DNA of 64,000 nucleotides, taken from positions 26,474,001-26,538,000 of the forward strand of contig CM114271.1 in NCBI GenBank assembly GCA_050084515.1, read 5' to 3'. A model generated the notes under the pieces. That model did not search any database, was not told the origin of the DNA, and saw nothing but the letters and a program-made list of their open reading frames with translations. This DNA comes from Blasia pusilla. Lineage: Eukaryota. The translations under genes were made by a program, and so were the position numbers. Shown here piece by piece: positions 51,696-64,000 of the stretch; position 1 is the stretch's first letter; every line of letters begins with the position of its first letter.

Positions 51696-52117
51696 TGAGG
51701 AGAGGACTATAGCCACCGACTCTTGACATCAGTTAGCTGCATAGATTGCTGTAGAATCTGAGGTTTCTTTTTCTCTGCCCTAACTTCTTTGTAAAGCTGC
51801 AATGATAGACGAGGAACTACGAAGGCACCAGGACACTCCTTGGCTGAGGAGCGGACTATTGCCACCGACTCTGGACATCAGTTAACTCCATAGATTGCTG
51901 TAAATCTCAGATTTCTTTTCCTGCTCCCGGGCTCCTTTGCGGAGCTGCAATGAGAGGAGGTGAACTGATGTGCAATGAGAGACGATGAACTACGAAAGTT
52001 CCAAACTTTTCTGTAGAGCTGCAATGATATACAATGAGAGACGATTAACTATGAAAGTCCCTTACTTCTCTGTAGAGCTGCAATGACAGACGATGAATTA
52101 CAATAGCACGAGGACAG
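51696..52117 (+). repeat. Nested imperfect tandem repeats (~150-bp and ~60-bp units)
   Basis: tgaggag.ggactat.gccaccgactct.gacatcagtta occurs twice; the agctgcaatga and gacga.gaactacgaa motifs recur about four times. Confidence 0.85.
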
Positions 52118-52584
52118 TGTTTTGAGTCTCGTTGCTACCTTGCACCTCATGGCAGTGGTGCCTTGTGTTCGAGATGTGTGCTGTGCACATCACGAGCACC
52201 GAGGTCGTGGACAAATTTGAGAAAGGAAGTTGGGTGCATTGGCTCCAGAAGTTACATCCATATTCCCATCATGCAATGTCCTGCGTAAACTAAATCCAAC
52301 CGAGCGCAACACTCTTCTTGTGAGGTTTGAGAACGCACTTTCTACATTATTGGCTTCTGAAAAAGGTAAACAATGAATTGGATGCTCAATCCTTGATCAA
52401 TACCCGACTTGAGCAAGACACGATCATACATGTAAAAACAAATTGAATGTGACGAGGAAGAACACTACTTCTAGAGCACGAGTAGCCGTGGCTCCTTCAT
52501 TGGGAGCACAAAAGACTCATGACACAACAGCAGCTGCTAACTTTACTCCGCAAAATTTAGGATACACATATTGTTCTACCTACA

Positions 52585-55500
52585 CTACGTTTCCTCTTCT
52601 TGTTTCTGCCTCTTGGCTTTGACCTCGTCTTCTGGACTTTCGTCAGGTCTGAGATGAACTTTTGCCGCCATTGAAGGTCCATAAGCTGCCAGATGCTTGC
52701 TGTTGAGGTGCCGCCCAGCTCGAGGCTTTGGGCCCCAATATTCTTCAGGATTAGGAAGGAACCGTGCCACCCCTTTGGCTTGCGCCTTGCTTAATGCAGC
52801 ATTGACCTTAGTAAAATTTGCCTGAACCCATGCAACGAATTGCAAAACGTGTGTTAGATGCAGGAGCTGAATAACATAGCACATTACCTCACCCCCTACC
52901 CTCCAAACAAGCATGGTCCTTCCCAACTACTTAAGCTGGCTGAAACCCTCCACTTGCCAACAGAATCACCTGAATACTGTAAAAATTGGATCTGAAGATT
53001 AGGTTCGTGTGCAAGAATCTGTGGTTTTAAAGAAGTTTTCCATGAAGGAAACAACATTGGCTATGGAACCCATACTCTGAGCAACTAAGGTGAGGTGGAG
53101 GCGTGCTTCTTGCAGGATTACAGTAAGTGGATCCAATCCTAACAGCCGCTTCTCAAACTTCATATTTCTGGCAGTCCATGGGCTGGGGCATAGACCCTAA
53201 AAGCCTAGCCCCACTTGAGTTCAGAAATTAATTTTGAAGCAGTACCAAGGTCTTTTCTTCATCTCATAGGAATCTATCTTCTTTGCAGAGGATGGGTTCT
53301 TGATTTGTCAAATATCAATAGGGCAACAAGCAAATATTTGAACTGGCAGTTAATTGAACAGTCTGACTATTACATGAAATCAAGTTCACTTTGGGCAGAG
53401 CACAGTTTATTCATAAGTGCACATTCAGAAAGACCAGGAGATTTTTTTTTCCAAACCTCAAGCACTGGGTCCTTGCTCAGGATAATTGTGCCAGGAGTTT
53501 CCGCTGCTTGTGCCTTAACAGGGTGGGATTTCACCTGCAAAATTAGTCTTGGTTAATTCATATTATGAGGTCTGAAGCTATGAAATGGAATCTAAACCAG
53601 GCATGGCAGGTCAAGTACTGTTTAAGAATTTCTCTTCTACCCCACTCTCAATGCTTGGCACCGTCAACTGCAAGTAAACTGACCAAAGTGGTAAGCTACG
53701 AAAGTGCTAATGTTCTAGTGTTTAGGCACACAAGTCTCTGGTATTAACTAAAACATTGAGATTGCTAGCACATGAAAATTCCACAGCAGTAGAACCTAAC
53801 ATAACCAGTAGGACACAGCCAAAAATGAGGCCTAACTGATGAGTTTGGGAAGGAGGTTCTTACCCAGCACCGCATGATGTCCCACAAAGCGTCCATTGGA
53901 GCATCAGTTTTCAATCCTAATGGATGCGCATGGGAACCAGAGATGCGATAACCTGCATTTGCCACAGCTGAGCGAAACATAGCAGCTCCTGGAGGAGTGC
54001 ATTTCAAGGTTGCACTCATATTGTGCAGGTTGACATACAATGGAACATCCAACAACTCCTGCACATCCAACCACCTTCAATTTATGCGGTTCCATCTTGA
54101 ATCTATAATATGGCTGTGGCAGACATTCAAAGTCAAACAAAAGAGATTGACCTCACATCCCTGGCAAGCTCCAAAGGTAAGGATCAATTCCTACCAGAGA
54201 TCAAAACCACAAATACACACAAAGTTGTAAGCCAGCTACAAAATGCTTAGCAATTCAAAATATTGACCTATCAATAGTGTTCAACAAATAGCAGAAAGGA
54301 GAACTATGTAAAGCAAACCTGCCCCAGGCCAAATATTTATCTACCATATGACTTGAAAGTGCCATCAATGTGAAGGATACGTCATCCAAACTCGATATCA
54401 CTAGTTTTTCTCAGAATATGCTTTCAACTATTTGATATTGTTTGTAATTGGGCCTGTTAAAGTGGCCAGGAGTAGAATGTCTGCAGTAAGGGACATTTTC
54501 CCTTGAATTTATGAATTTGTTCCCAAAAACGATTCTCATTATGACATTACCCTGATGCCTAAGAGCAAGACACTAGCCCTTGATTTAGAACAAATAATTT
54601 ACATAATTGCATCATAATAATTGTTTAGTGATATTTGTGGACCTGATTGAGGATATGTTCCTACAAAAAAGAAAGGATATCCATACTTTAATCAGTGTAA
54701 TCAGACAAAATAAGTAATACAAGGCTAATTGTGAACTGGAGACTCTTACTGTGACTTGGCATTTGACTCTACAGTTGCCAGAAATGCCAGACTGCGGGTC
54801 ATACGTCAACTATTCCAAAACTCAAAATCTAGAGTTGTCATGAGTTAGAGACCTACATTCGCTTGAACCATCACAGTGTGATCATAAGACATATCCGTGT
54901 CCTTTAAATCTCATCCCTTTAGAGCCAAGTAAAAGATCCAACCTAATAGGTTTATTAAACTGGCTCCACTAGCTGATCAGCAAGTGTTGGATTGAGCGAC
55001 ATGAAAATTCAAGTCCACAACTGTACAGAGATTTTGAAATTCCGGATTACCTCTGAAACTGCAGTAAGGATACTGTGAAGTTTATCAAACGCTGGATACT
55101 GTTTTTTCATGCTGGTTGCAAGAGCAAGTGTGGAGGAGATCCACTCTGGATCATGGATTGGGGCTCCCCACATTGGCCCGCCCATGTTGAAGTGTTTTCC
55201 ACACTGGTCACACTCCGGCAATATGGTAGGCCCATTGGCTGGCATGTAACGTGCACTGTTGTTCTTGGGCGTTGAGAAGCACCACAAAGAATACAAGACA
55301 CAAGTATGCATGGAAACCATCAGCCTACAAGAACCAAATTACCTCAAGAACACAAGCCATAAAATAACATGACATTCATGACTGCACATGCTCACGAGAA
55401 GATCTATAATACCTTGTAGGCAATACGACCCACAGGTTGGAGATGGTACGAATCGCATCCAACGCATTGATATACATATGTCAACTTGCTGGGTGTAGCT

Positions 55501-58500
55501 TTGATCGTACTAGCAGAACTGAACTCACCCACCACAAATTCAGTCAGTCAAGGAAGGGGTCGTCCCCAACTCGTACGGAGAAAGGGTGCTCAAATTGTGC
55601 AAAACTCATGTAGTATGATTTATAAAGTATCGAAGAAAACATGCTATGGACAAGATTTCCAAGTGCTTGAATGCCAACAGCTGAAGGTCCCGAGACTCAC
55701 GTATAAATGCGTACGAAAACTCGCACATAGAAGTCTACAGAGAGAGAAATCAGCGGGACAATGTAACGCTTGTACCGATTTGCATGGCTCTGCACATAAT
55801 ATTGAACTATTCATATTTAGTATGCAGGGTGTAAAAACCTGGAAAACCACAGTTGGGCCTACAGCGAGAAGGGAGAGAAATGAAGGAAAGAGACCCAAAA
55901 AAATTTGAGAACTGAATCCTGTCTGATCCACTACACTAGAACATGAGCCAGATTCAAAACCAGAATACATTTTTCCAGATTTCGAGCTATGAAACGAAAG
56001 GGATTGCTGACAATTAATTCATACCTCAATACAGGCAAGTAAGATCCTTAATGCCATTTCATGACAATATTTCCCACGCAGAGGGTAAGAACCATACCTG
56101 CAAAAAAAAAAAAAGTATCCTTAAATGGTTGAATTTGCACTGCACAAGGTTAAAGGACTACTATGTAGGGCTTTCCTAACTTCCAGATGGCTTACTATGG
56201 AGAAAAGATTGAATCAAGATCATTACGTGCTCTAACCACGGACATAAATCTTCAAACTATGTGGGATGTAACTTGACAGTATGAGTCCTGTGAATCACCA
56301 ATGAAATGTAAACAAGGAATTAAAGGAGAAGAGAGTATACTTGGCATAACAGACTTCTCCATTATTGCCACAAAGCACTGCCATGTCAGTTGCTGTGCAA
56401 AGTAACAAGCCTCCATCGGCAATTGTTTGCACGGCTGAATCAAGGAAAACTGACGGAGAACCATATGGATCAAGATCGACCTGTAAGAAAGGTGAAACAG
56501 AGGTGAAAGAACAGTTGAGAAGCACATGTACTTCAATCCATCATTCCATCAATGTTCAGGCATGCAAAAATCTGCTACAATCCATAGATGAAGGCATTGC
56601 CAGATACTCTGATTGTTGGTGCCATCCCCATTTTATATACTTATGTGGAGCATAAAATGTTGAAGCCAAGCACATTTAAAAAACGAACATTCAATTCACA
56701 CCCAGGTGGAGAGCATAACCTCATTAACACCATAGCAAAAGGTTACCCTTCATCCCATTCATAGACAGCAAGGAAACACATCCCATTTCTTCTCAGTAGC
56801 ATGCCGTGCTTTGTGATTGGAAATAATCAATCAAAACTCACCACATCAAACTCCTTTTCATGTGTCAGCATAAAGACTCTGGCATCTGCATGCTTAGCTT
56901 CAACCTTTGCTTCGGCAACTGGGCCATTTAACCTGATGTTGCGCTCACAGGCCTCAACTGCCACTGTCATGCACAAAAGCATTAGAATCCATCCCGTGAC
57001 ACCAACCTCAGGATCTCTCTGAGAATCAGCACAATCCCCTATGCTTTAGATAGAGATGAAAACTAGTTAAGTAATCCACAAGTGCCAGCAAAAAAATTGT
57101 TCAGAACAGCAGCTACAGAAGTTATTTGCAGCTATTACCTTTGTCATTGTCTGTGGCAACAACGGATCCCAAGCCTTCTATCTCTTTGGCATATCGGAGT
57201 GCCCGCAACCCTGATGCTGCTAATGCCTGAAAGTAGGTGGCTAGAACAGCATTAGCAGACAGAGGGACAAACTGGAGACCTTCCAATGAAATGTAGAGTA
57301 ACCACCCCACATGTATTTTCGAAAGCAGCATTGTTTCTGCTCTAGATTAGGTGCACATTACCAAGGCTCTCTCCCTTTACCTCGAGAACTCGTATAGGCT
57401 TTGCAGGGGAAACCTCAGTAGTCACATCTTCACTGCCGGTGGTAGCAGAGATGGTGGTTGTGTTCTCTGTGAGTGCTTCACCGGAGGTTCCTGACGCACC
57501 ATTTCTTCCTTCAGGATTTTCGACGTCAGACTTCACAGCATTATCTAGGGTAGAAGGCTGGGAGTTGGAGGTTTGTGAAGCTCCTTTGTGCCTGTTCAGT
57601 TTCTTTGCACACTCGGCTATGTGTTCCTCTTCTCGTTTGGCTACAAATGCTCGAATGACAGCAATGGATATATCTCGATTTACAACCTGCAAGGTTGGAC
57701 CACATAACATTCTGTCAGTACTGGTAAACATGACAAATTGACAGTTTTTGGGTCATCCTGGCCACACATATTTTGAACTTGTTCAGACCTGAGACTTGAG
57801 GACATTGCATCTTCACGTACACTTGATTATCTGCCTGCCAATGTACTTACATAGAGTCTTCCGGTGTCAAGTCACTTAACCCATTTTTGAGGGATAGGCT
57901 GTTCAATATACAATATACCCTGCTGACTCTGATGGGGGTGGTTTGGGGAGGGGGGGGGGGGGACTGTGATCCATAGAAAGAGAACCTGCTCATTAAGTAG
58001 TCATTGTCCATGAAGAGAGATAGATATGAATCATTGTCTATGACAACCCCAAAGTGCGCTACAGGAGATGAAATTACAAGATCCCCAGCACTTACGTAGG
58101 GCAGATGGAGCAAGGGCATGAATATGACAGCAATAGTAGCCGGCGATGTCGATAGCAGCTCGTTGTTCTAGATGTCCTACACTAAAAGGCACACGCTCAA
58201 GTGAAAACTTAGCGAGTTGGGCCGGGCTCGTACACGACAGAAAACCGTTCAACGGTGGGGATGGGTCCTTTAACACTTCAGGAAATTTCGATTCCTTTTC
58301 TCACACGTGAGGTGCATTTGGAAGAAAATTCTCCTTTTTAGTCCTCGAGACGCCGATGTTATGCAATATGTTGTCCCTCTAGGTGAGTGAAAGCTCTCCA
58401 ATTCCAAGTCGAAATCAAATGAGCCACATATGAATCCGGCTCTTGCCAGTGCCTCGACTTGCTTCGTAGAATTTACGAATGAGACTTGAGAGATCGTTTG

Positions 58501-59472
58501 AGTCGCAAGGCTACGACAGGCACTACTTAATGAGTACACTCTCTCTCTCGCTCTAAAAAATCTGATCCCCTGAAAATGGGTCGAGAAATTGAGAGGGAGC
58601 ATCGCGACTAAATGCCTCTCAACGGAGAGGTATGATGGAAGTAGAGAATGCAGGTGAGTCTCTAAACCCTAAACGCCCTAGACGTTTGGCACTAGGCAAC
58701 TCCCAAATTATGTACAGCGGACCAATTAGATCGCTCACAACTTGGAATTCGTCATTCGTTTGGCTCCTTCTCTAAATTTCATCACTCCGTACGGCTCCAT
58801 TTCGTTCACTCGTGAGGTCTGTGGATAGTAGACCATGTGCAAACATAGTGGCACGAGAGCAGAACGTTAGTTCGTGCATTCTTATTCCAAGGTGAGCTCA
58901 TTTCATCATTTGGCCATTCCATCCGTTCTGAGTGGAATGGGCAAACATTTCAGACATTTGATTCGTTCTCGAACCCTGATGAAGGAAATCGGTGGCGCGA
59001 TCGACTTTTCCCTGCAAGACCGTAACCTTCGATTCACTTGTTTGAGTACCTGAGCTTTGTTGTAGAAGACGTCGTTCCCGTGAAGTAAGATGTCAGCTTC
59101 ACCCTCCCGCAGTATTGAGTATTGACCTGCGTCCCCCACCACACCTTTTGATGCAGAACTTTCATTGGCACCCGATGACCCGTTTCTCGACCCATTTTCG
59201 ACAGCCTTCAATTCTACGGCATCCCCTCCCATATCTGACGGACTTTGTAGTGGCTCGCGGCAGCAATCAGGCGGAGAAGTCAAGGTAGGTGCTGGGCGTG
59301 GAACTGACGGAGATTTATCCCCGCAAGTACGCAAATCTGAAGACGATGGCAACGTCGCACACCATCGGCCAATTAGTTCCTCAAGAACTGGATTGCGTGT
59401 CTTCAAAGTGTCAAGCGGTTGCGAGCCAAAGGTCCTTCCGGCAAAGCGAACCCTTCTCAACAGGCACAACAT
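52585..59472 (-). CDS. TRM1: tRNA (guanine26-N2,N2)-dimethyltransferase, 12 exons, 689 aa
   Basis: Exons: 59472-59050, 57686-57381, 57226-57139, 56963-56842, 56480-56341, 56097-56025, 55789-55701, 55518-55413, 55263-55051, 54058-53864, 53534-53457, 52821-52585. All introns are GT-AG with consistent phases (2070 nt in total). Motifs: [56 protein letters not shown], CxxC..Cxx[23 protein letters not shown]. Confidence 0.97.
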
Positions 59473-60040
59473 TCACAAGCTCTTAAGCAGCTCGACATCC
59501 GGCAATTCCTATTCTAGGTGGATTCACAACACCAAACTGAACCGCGGATCCTTCAAAGAACTACAGTCCCTCGCCGCCCGTTGACAGACCGGCCAGTGTT
59601 AGTAGTACGCCAACCAGATCCTGGTTTATCACAATGCCAGTAAAACACTCATCCTCGCAGCAAATTGCAGCAGTGTGGAAAGAGCCTCGTTGTACATCGA
59701 ATTTGAACGAAAACGGGGTTGACCAGCACCATTCACATTGTAAGGATTGCGCGAAGTCATCATGGCCTCCCCGGATCACTGCATTCCCACCCCAAGCCCC
59801 AGCTTGCCCGTGCACGCTTCCCCAACTGCAACCCTCCCCGCGGAGTGGAGGTCGGTCTGAGATCACAGTCGGGACATTTTAGGGTTGGGGTCTAGGGTTC
59901 CTCTATTGGAGAATGGCTGTTTTCAAACACAGAGCCCAAGCTCCGAAAGAGCGGTGAATGCGAAGTCAGCATGGGAAGGGGGAGTTGGTTTCCGTCGTGG
60001 TTAGGGTTAGGGGTCAATCATACCCTCGACGTTTACTTCT

Positions 60041-60049
60041 TTAGGGTTT
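60041..60049 (-). promoter_or_regulatory. Telo-box (AAACCCTAA) in the TRM1 upstream region
   Basis: Exact match on the minus strand, with partial copies at ~59878, 59892 and 60001 and a site II-like agccca at ~59933. Telo-boxes are typical of plant translation-machinery genes. Confidence 0.6.
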
Positions 60050-60154
60050 TTTTAAAAGATTGGTGTTTTAGGTTTTCTATCCCATGCGAAATATTTGACA
60101 TATTTGAGTTTTGTAAATATTAGCAAGGTGCTCGTGGTATGAATTTTAATTAAA

Positions 60155-60181
60155 CTAGTAAGGTGCCGTGTAATGCACGGG
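60155..60181 (-). mobile_element. Helitron 3' terminus (hairpin plus CTAG|T)
   Basis: The minus strand reads cccgtgcattacacggcaccttaCTAG followed by T: a GC-rich hairpin a few nt before CTAG, the canonical Helitron end. The element would extend to higher coordinates; its 5' end was not found. Confidence 0.7.
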
Positions 60182-61062
60182 AAACAAAAAAATGTTTGAA
60201 GAACCATGTATAATCCGTGAAGGGATTAATGATGTTACATATAAATTCAATTTTTTTTCTTATTGCTTGTTCGTAGAATGTGAAATATTTTTTTGCTGCT
60301 CCGGTTGTCACATGTCAAACAGAGAGGTGTTTGCAAATCAAGAAGACACTCTCCCATAATAATAGAGATTTTGGAATTTTTAAGTGTTTGATACAAACTC
60401 GACAATTTGAATAAAAATTCTAGTGGAAATACTTGATAATTGAAAGAATATAAAAATCCCTTGTCGATTATCTTTTCATTTAGCTACTTGTATGTTTTGT
60501 TTTAATGGTATGAGGAACATGCCCTTGCTTCTCACGACAAATAATTGCCCTCCCACCTCCAAATTCTTCACTCCTCAAATTAATAAATTCACTTTCACAC
60601 TCTCCAAGCTCTAATTGCAATTCCCACTCCATGAATGAAATTCAAAATGCAAAGAGATTTGCCAAGAGAACAAGGAATGATTGCAAAAACGTTATTATTT
60701 TTTCTTTAAGCTTTGGCTCACATAGATTTCATACCTTAAAAACAAAGATGTGTTAAGAGTATATTTTTTTCTTCACCCAAAGTTAGAGGTGAGGATGGTG
60801 AAAAACCAAATGTATTTATTTCTCAATTTTATGCCTACATAAGAGGAGGTGGTAGTAGATTTTTGAAATAAAGAAGGGGAAGGTTTTAAAAAGGAGAAAA
60901 GGGGAAAATGAGGAGGATGGCTAAGAACGGGAGCTAAGATTTATTTCCAGATGATTAACATGATATTTTTTCAAGTATATTGTATGCTTCATGGTGTGGA
61001 ATTGGCGATGTTGACATCCAAGAACTACGATGGATCCATTGAGATGGGAGTTAGTACCCCTT

Positions 61063-61065
<3 letters not shown>

Positions 61066-61105
<40 letters not shown>
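61066..61105. repeat. (AG)20 microsatellite
   Basis: Directly visible. Confidence 0.98.
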
Positions 61106-61107
<2 letters not shown>

Positions 61108-62754
61108 AATTGTGGCGATCTCCATTAATGCCCAAGGGATACACTTATTTGGTGAGGGTGGAGCAAAAGCATTCCAAGATTGCTTTGTGAGTGTATCTTA
61201 AAGTGTTGTTTTCTATTTTTGGATGTTTTTGGTTCATTTGGAATATGTTTAACAATAATTTGGGGTTGTTTTGTGATAATGGGCCCATTCTAGTATCTTC
61301 ACGTATTGTTGCCTGAAACATGTTATGGTAGGAGGACTTGCATTGAAGTCTTCTTTGATTAGGACATGCTTTTATAGTTGATAGATTGTCAACTCACTTT
61401 TACTTTCTTCATTTCATAAGTACATGTTATTTTAGCTTTGAGGACTAACCATGATTCATTCTTATGCGGCAACATCTTATGCCGCACTTGAGTGAGGAGT
61501 AGGGCATGGATAGGGCCACAAAGATCAGATGGGAGACAACCAACCAAAAGTTGGGCGAGTGGTGGATCCTCATGCTTAGGTCTGAGAGGTGGATATAGGA
61601 AGTATGTGAGGAGGACCATTTAATGATTAGAGTATGAATAGAGACTCAAAATTTTAGAGTGAGGAATGGGACGATGTCAAGGATGATGTGAACCTTGGTA
61701 TCATGCTATGCTTACATGCTTAAAGAATCTAGAGTGTAGTCATAGGGAAGTGATACCAATAATTGGGCTTGTTTGCAATCAACCTAGACATTTGGGGAGT
61801 GGATTGGGTGATCGGAGTCCTTATTGGGCTTGGGGGAACTACATCTAGCCAACCCCATGTAAGAGTAGAAGAGGTACATCCACCTATACTTACCATAAGT
61901 GCAAACTTGTCTAGAAAGTTGTGTGGTATACTAGGTGCATGCCAATAACAAAGGACAAGTTGATAGTTCTACAAACTTGCTAATTTGTAAATGAGAAAAT
62001 CGTCAATATATATGCAAAAAGTTTGGGGAATAAGTAGATTGACTATGTGGATTATATCTATGAATAAAAATTGTAGAATGGAATGACTAATTTCATTTTT
62101 TCCTCAAAAAAAAAGGTTGCGAGTACTTTAAGGAGTTTCACACTCATATTGTGCCAAACATGAAGGGTTTCACTAGAGTCTTGAGTTTATGAGGCTCAAG
62201 GATGATGCGAGGGATGATGATATTTGAGGGATTGGTCTCTTATGTGTTCGGTGACACGTTATTATGCCATGTGTGTAGTGGTTTCACTTGAGTCTAGAGG
62301 CTCAAGGAAGGGTGGTATTTGAGGGATCTACCTAGGCCTCTTGTGAGAAACCATTCCTTATTGAACATACATATGCTCACTTATTAGAGGAGTAAGCGTA
62401 GAATTAGTTGAGATCTAGAGAGAGTTGATATAGTACTTTAGGTAGACAATGATGTGATATTCAAATGGTAATATGTGCACATATGTTACAATGGAGCTTA
62501 AAGGGGGGGAGGGGATGAAACCCTTGAGGAGGATTACTTAGCAACCCATCTTTTAGATATGGGTGTCGGAGTGTGGCATCATTGATTTATTATAGTTAAA
62601 CTATATTGGCGATTTAAACTTGGATTTTCTTGTGTTAAGAGAAGACTAGGAATGATATCAAGATCACAAATATTTTATAATTGGAATGTGTTGGACTTCA
62701 TCTCTCTTTGCTTTAAGCTCAATGAGTTTGTTTAAAGTATCCCACTCTCATTGG

Positions 62755-63052
62755 GAGTGAATTTTGTGCTAGCACATTCGAAGGCAATACTTGAGGAACT
62801 ACCCTTCATAGAATTTGCAGACCAAGATTCAGATCAAATTTAGCTCTAGAGAAAATTTAGAAATCAAGATCAGAAGGATTTTGTATTTGGAGTGTTTTGA
62901 CTTGACTTGACATTGCTATAAGCTCCTAGTGTATGTTTAATGTGTTTTAGTCACATTGAGAGTGAATTTTGTGCTAGTACATTGAAAAGAAGTATCCTTC
63001 ATAGTATTTGTAGACCAAGATTGAGATCAAGTTTAGCTCTAGAGGAAATTTA
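62755..63052 (+). repeat. Direct repeat, 2 x ~95-105 bp
   Basis: gagtgaattttgtgctag..ccttcatag..agaccaagatt.agatcaa.tttagctctagag at 62755 and 62960. Confidence 0.85.
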
Positions 63053-64000
63053 TATCTAAAGAGCATGTTGATTGAATGTGTTTAATCATTTGTGTATGGG
63101 TGTTGTAAGATATGTGTTAATAACAACCGATGTATGTCGGTTGGCGATGTGTATTTGCATAACACATATAAGGAAATGCAACAAAACGATGAAAAGAGAA
63201 GATTTTGAATATCATTGTGAAATGATACATCTTGGACTTATGTTGGAGAGTATTTGGGAAAATACAACAAGTGTGATGTAACTTACTCAAATAATGAAGG
63301 AGGCATTGGAACTACAACATATAAATTCCATAGTAAGTTTGGAAGTATGACACATGAGTTCAATCTTAAAGTAAATGAGTAAATCCATTTAAAGAATGAT
63401 TTGGAAATGGAACATCAATCTAAATTTTACGGCCCGTACATGTTCTCGTCATTTTTTTTCCTCACCATGTGGGCTATCCATGCGTCCTCCATACGTGTTT
63501 ATTAATTTCTGTCTCCCCCCACCTCTCTGAAAGGGCTCCACACTAGTTAAAATTAGAATTGAAAAGAGTAATTTGATGTCATGCATGGCAACTCCTATTG
63601 CAAGAAAATTGCCTCCTCCCCCACACAAGCTATTGGACATGCTCTAGTAGGACGATTCAAAGCTATCTTACAACTACTATAGAAACTCAAATTACCACAA
63701 TTTACCATATAAGTGAATGGGATATCGAGTGAGATAGGTACCCTTTGGCGTTACGACGATTTCCCAAAAAGAGGATGTAGTTTAAATTTTTCTTAAGAAA
63801 TAGAACCAAAAAGGGTCTCCTCCATGACTCCTATGGGGATGGAAGCTGCCCCATACGGGGGCAGCTTTGAACCGCCCTAACAGGGCTGTAGTTGAAAGGT
63901 GGTAGTCGGCAACGGTACCGAAAGGAAAAGACGACGGACGAAGATAACGGGGATGGTAACTGGAATGAACCCTCCCGGGGACGTTTGTCCGCGTGGATGG

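Overview
Eukaryotic land-plant genomic DNA, probably a non-seed plant such as a bryophyte (inferred from the transposon types, not proven). There are two clear host genes, both on the minus strand: the N-terminal half of a CLV1/BAM/PXY-type (LRR-XI-like) leucine-rich-repeat receptor running off the left edge (<1..1825), and a complete 12-exon TRM1 tRNA m2,2G26 dimethyltransferase (52585..59472). Between them lies about 50 kb of transposon debris and GC-rich islands. The standout is a decayed Ty3/Gypsy LTR retrotransposon (~8886..17042). Its Pol frame carries a complete DNMT3-like C5 cytosine methyltransferase domain between the protease and RT, and a PHD finger after the integrase, so one retroelement encodes both a methylation writer and a probable chromatin reader. 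The window also holds an LTR-LTR junction, a 5'-truncated CRE-like (RLE) non-LTR retrotransposon with three older relatives, a cluster of three perfect palindromes/hairpins at ~39.1-39.6 kb, a three-exon pseudogene, a candidate small spliced gene, and a Helitron 3' end next to the TRM1 promoter. All alignments and identities were judged by eye.
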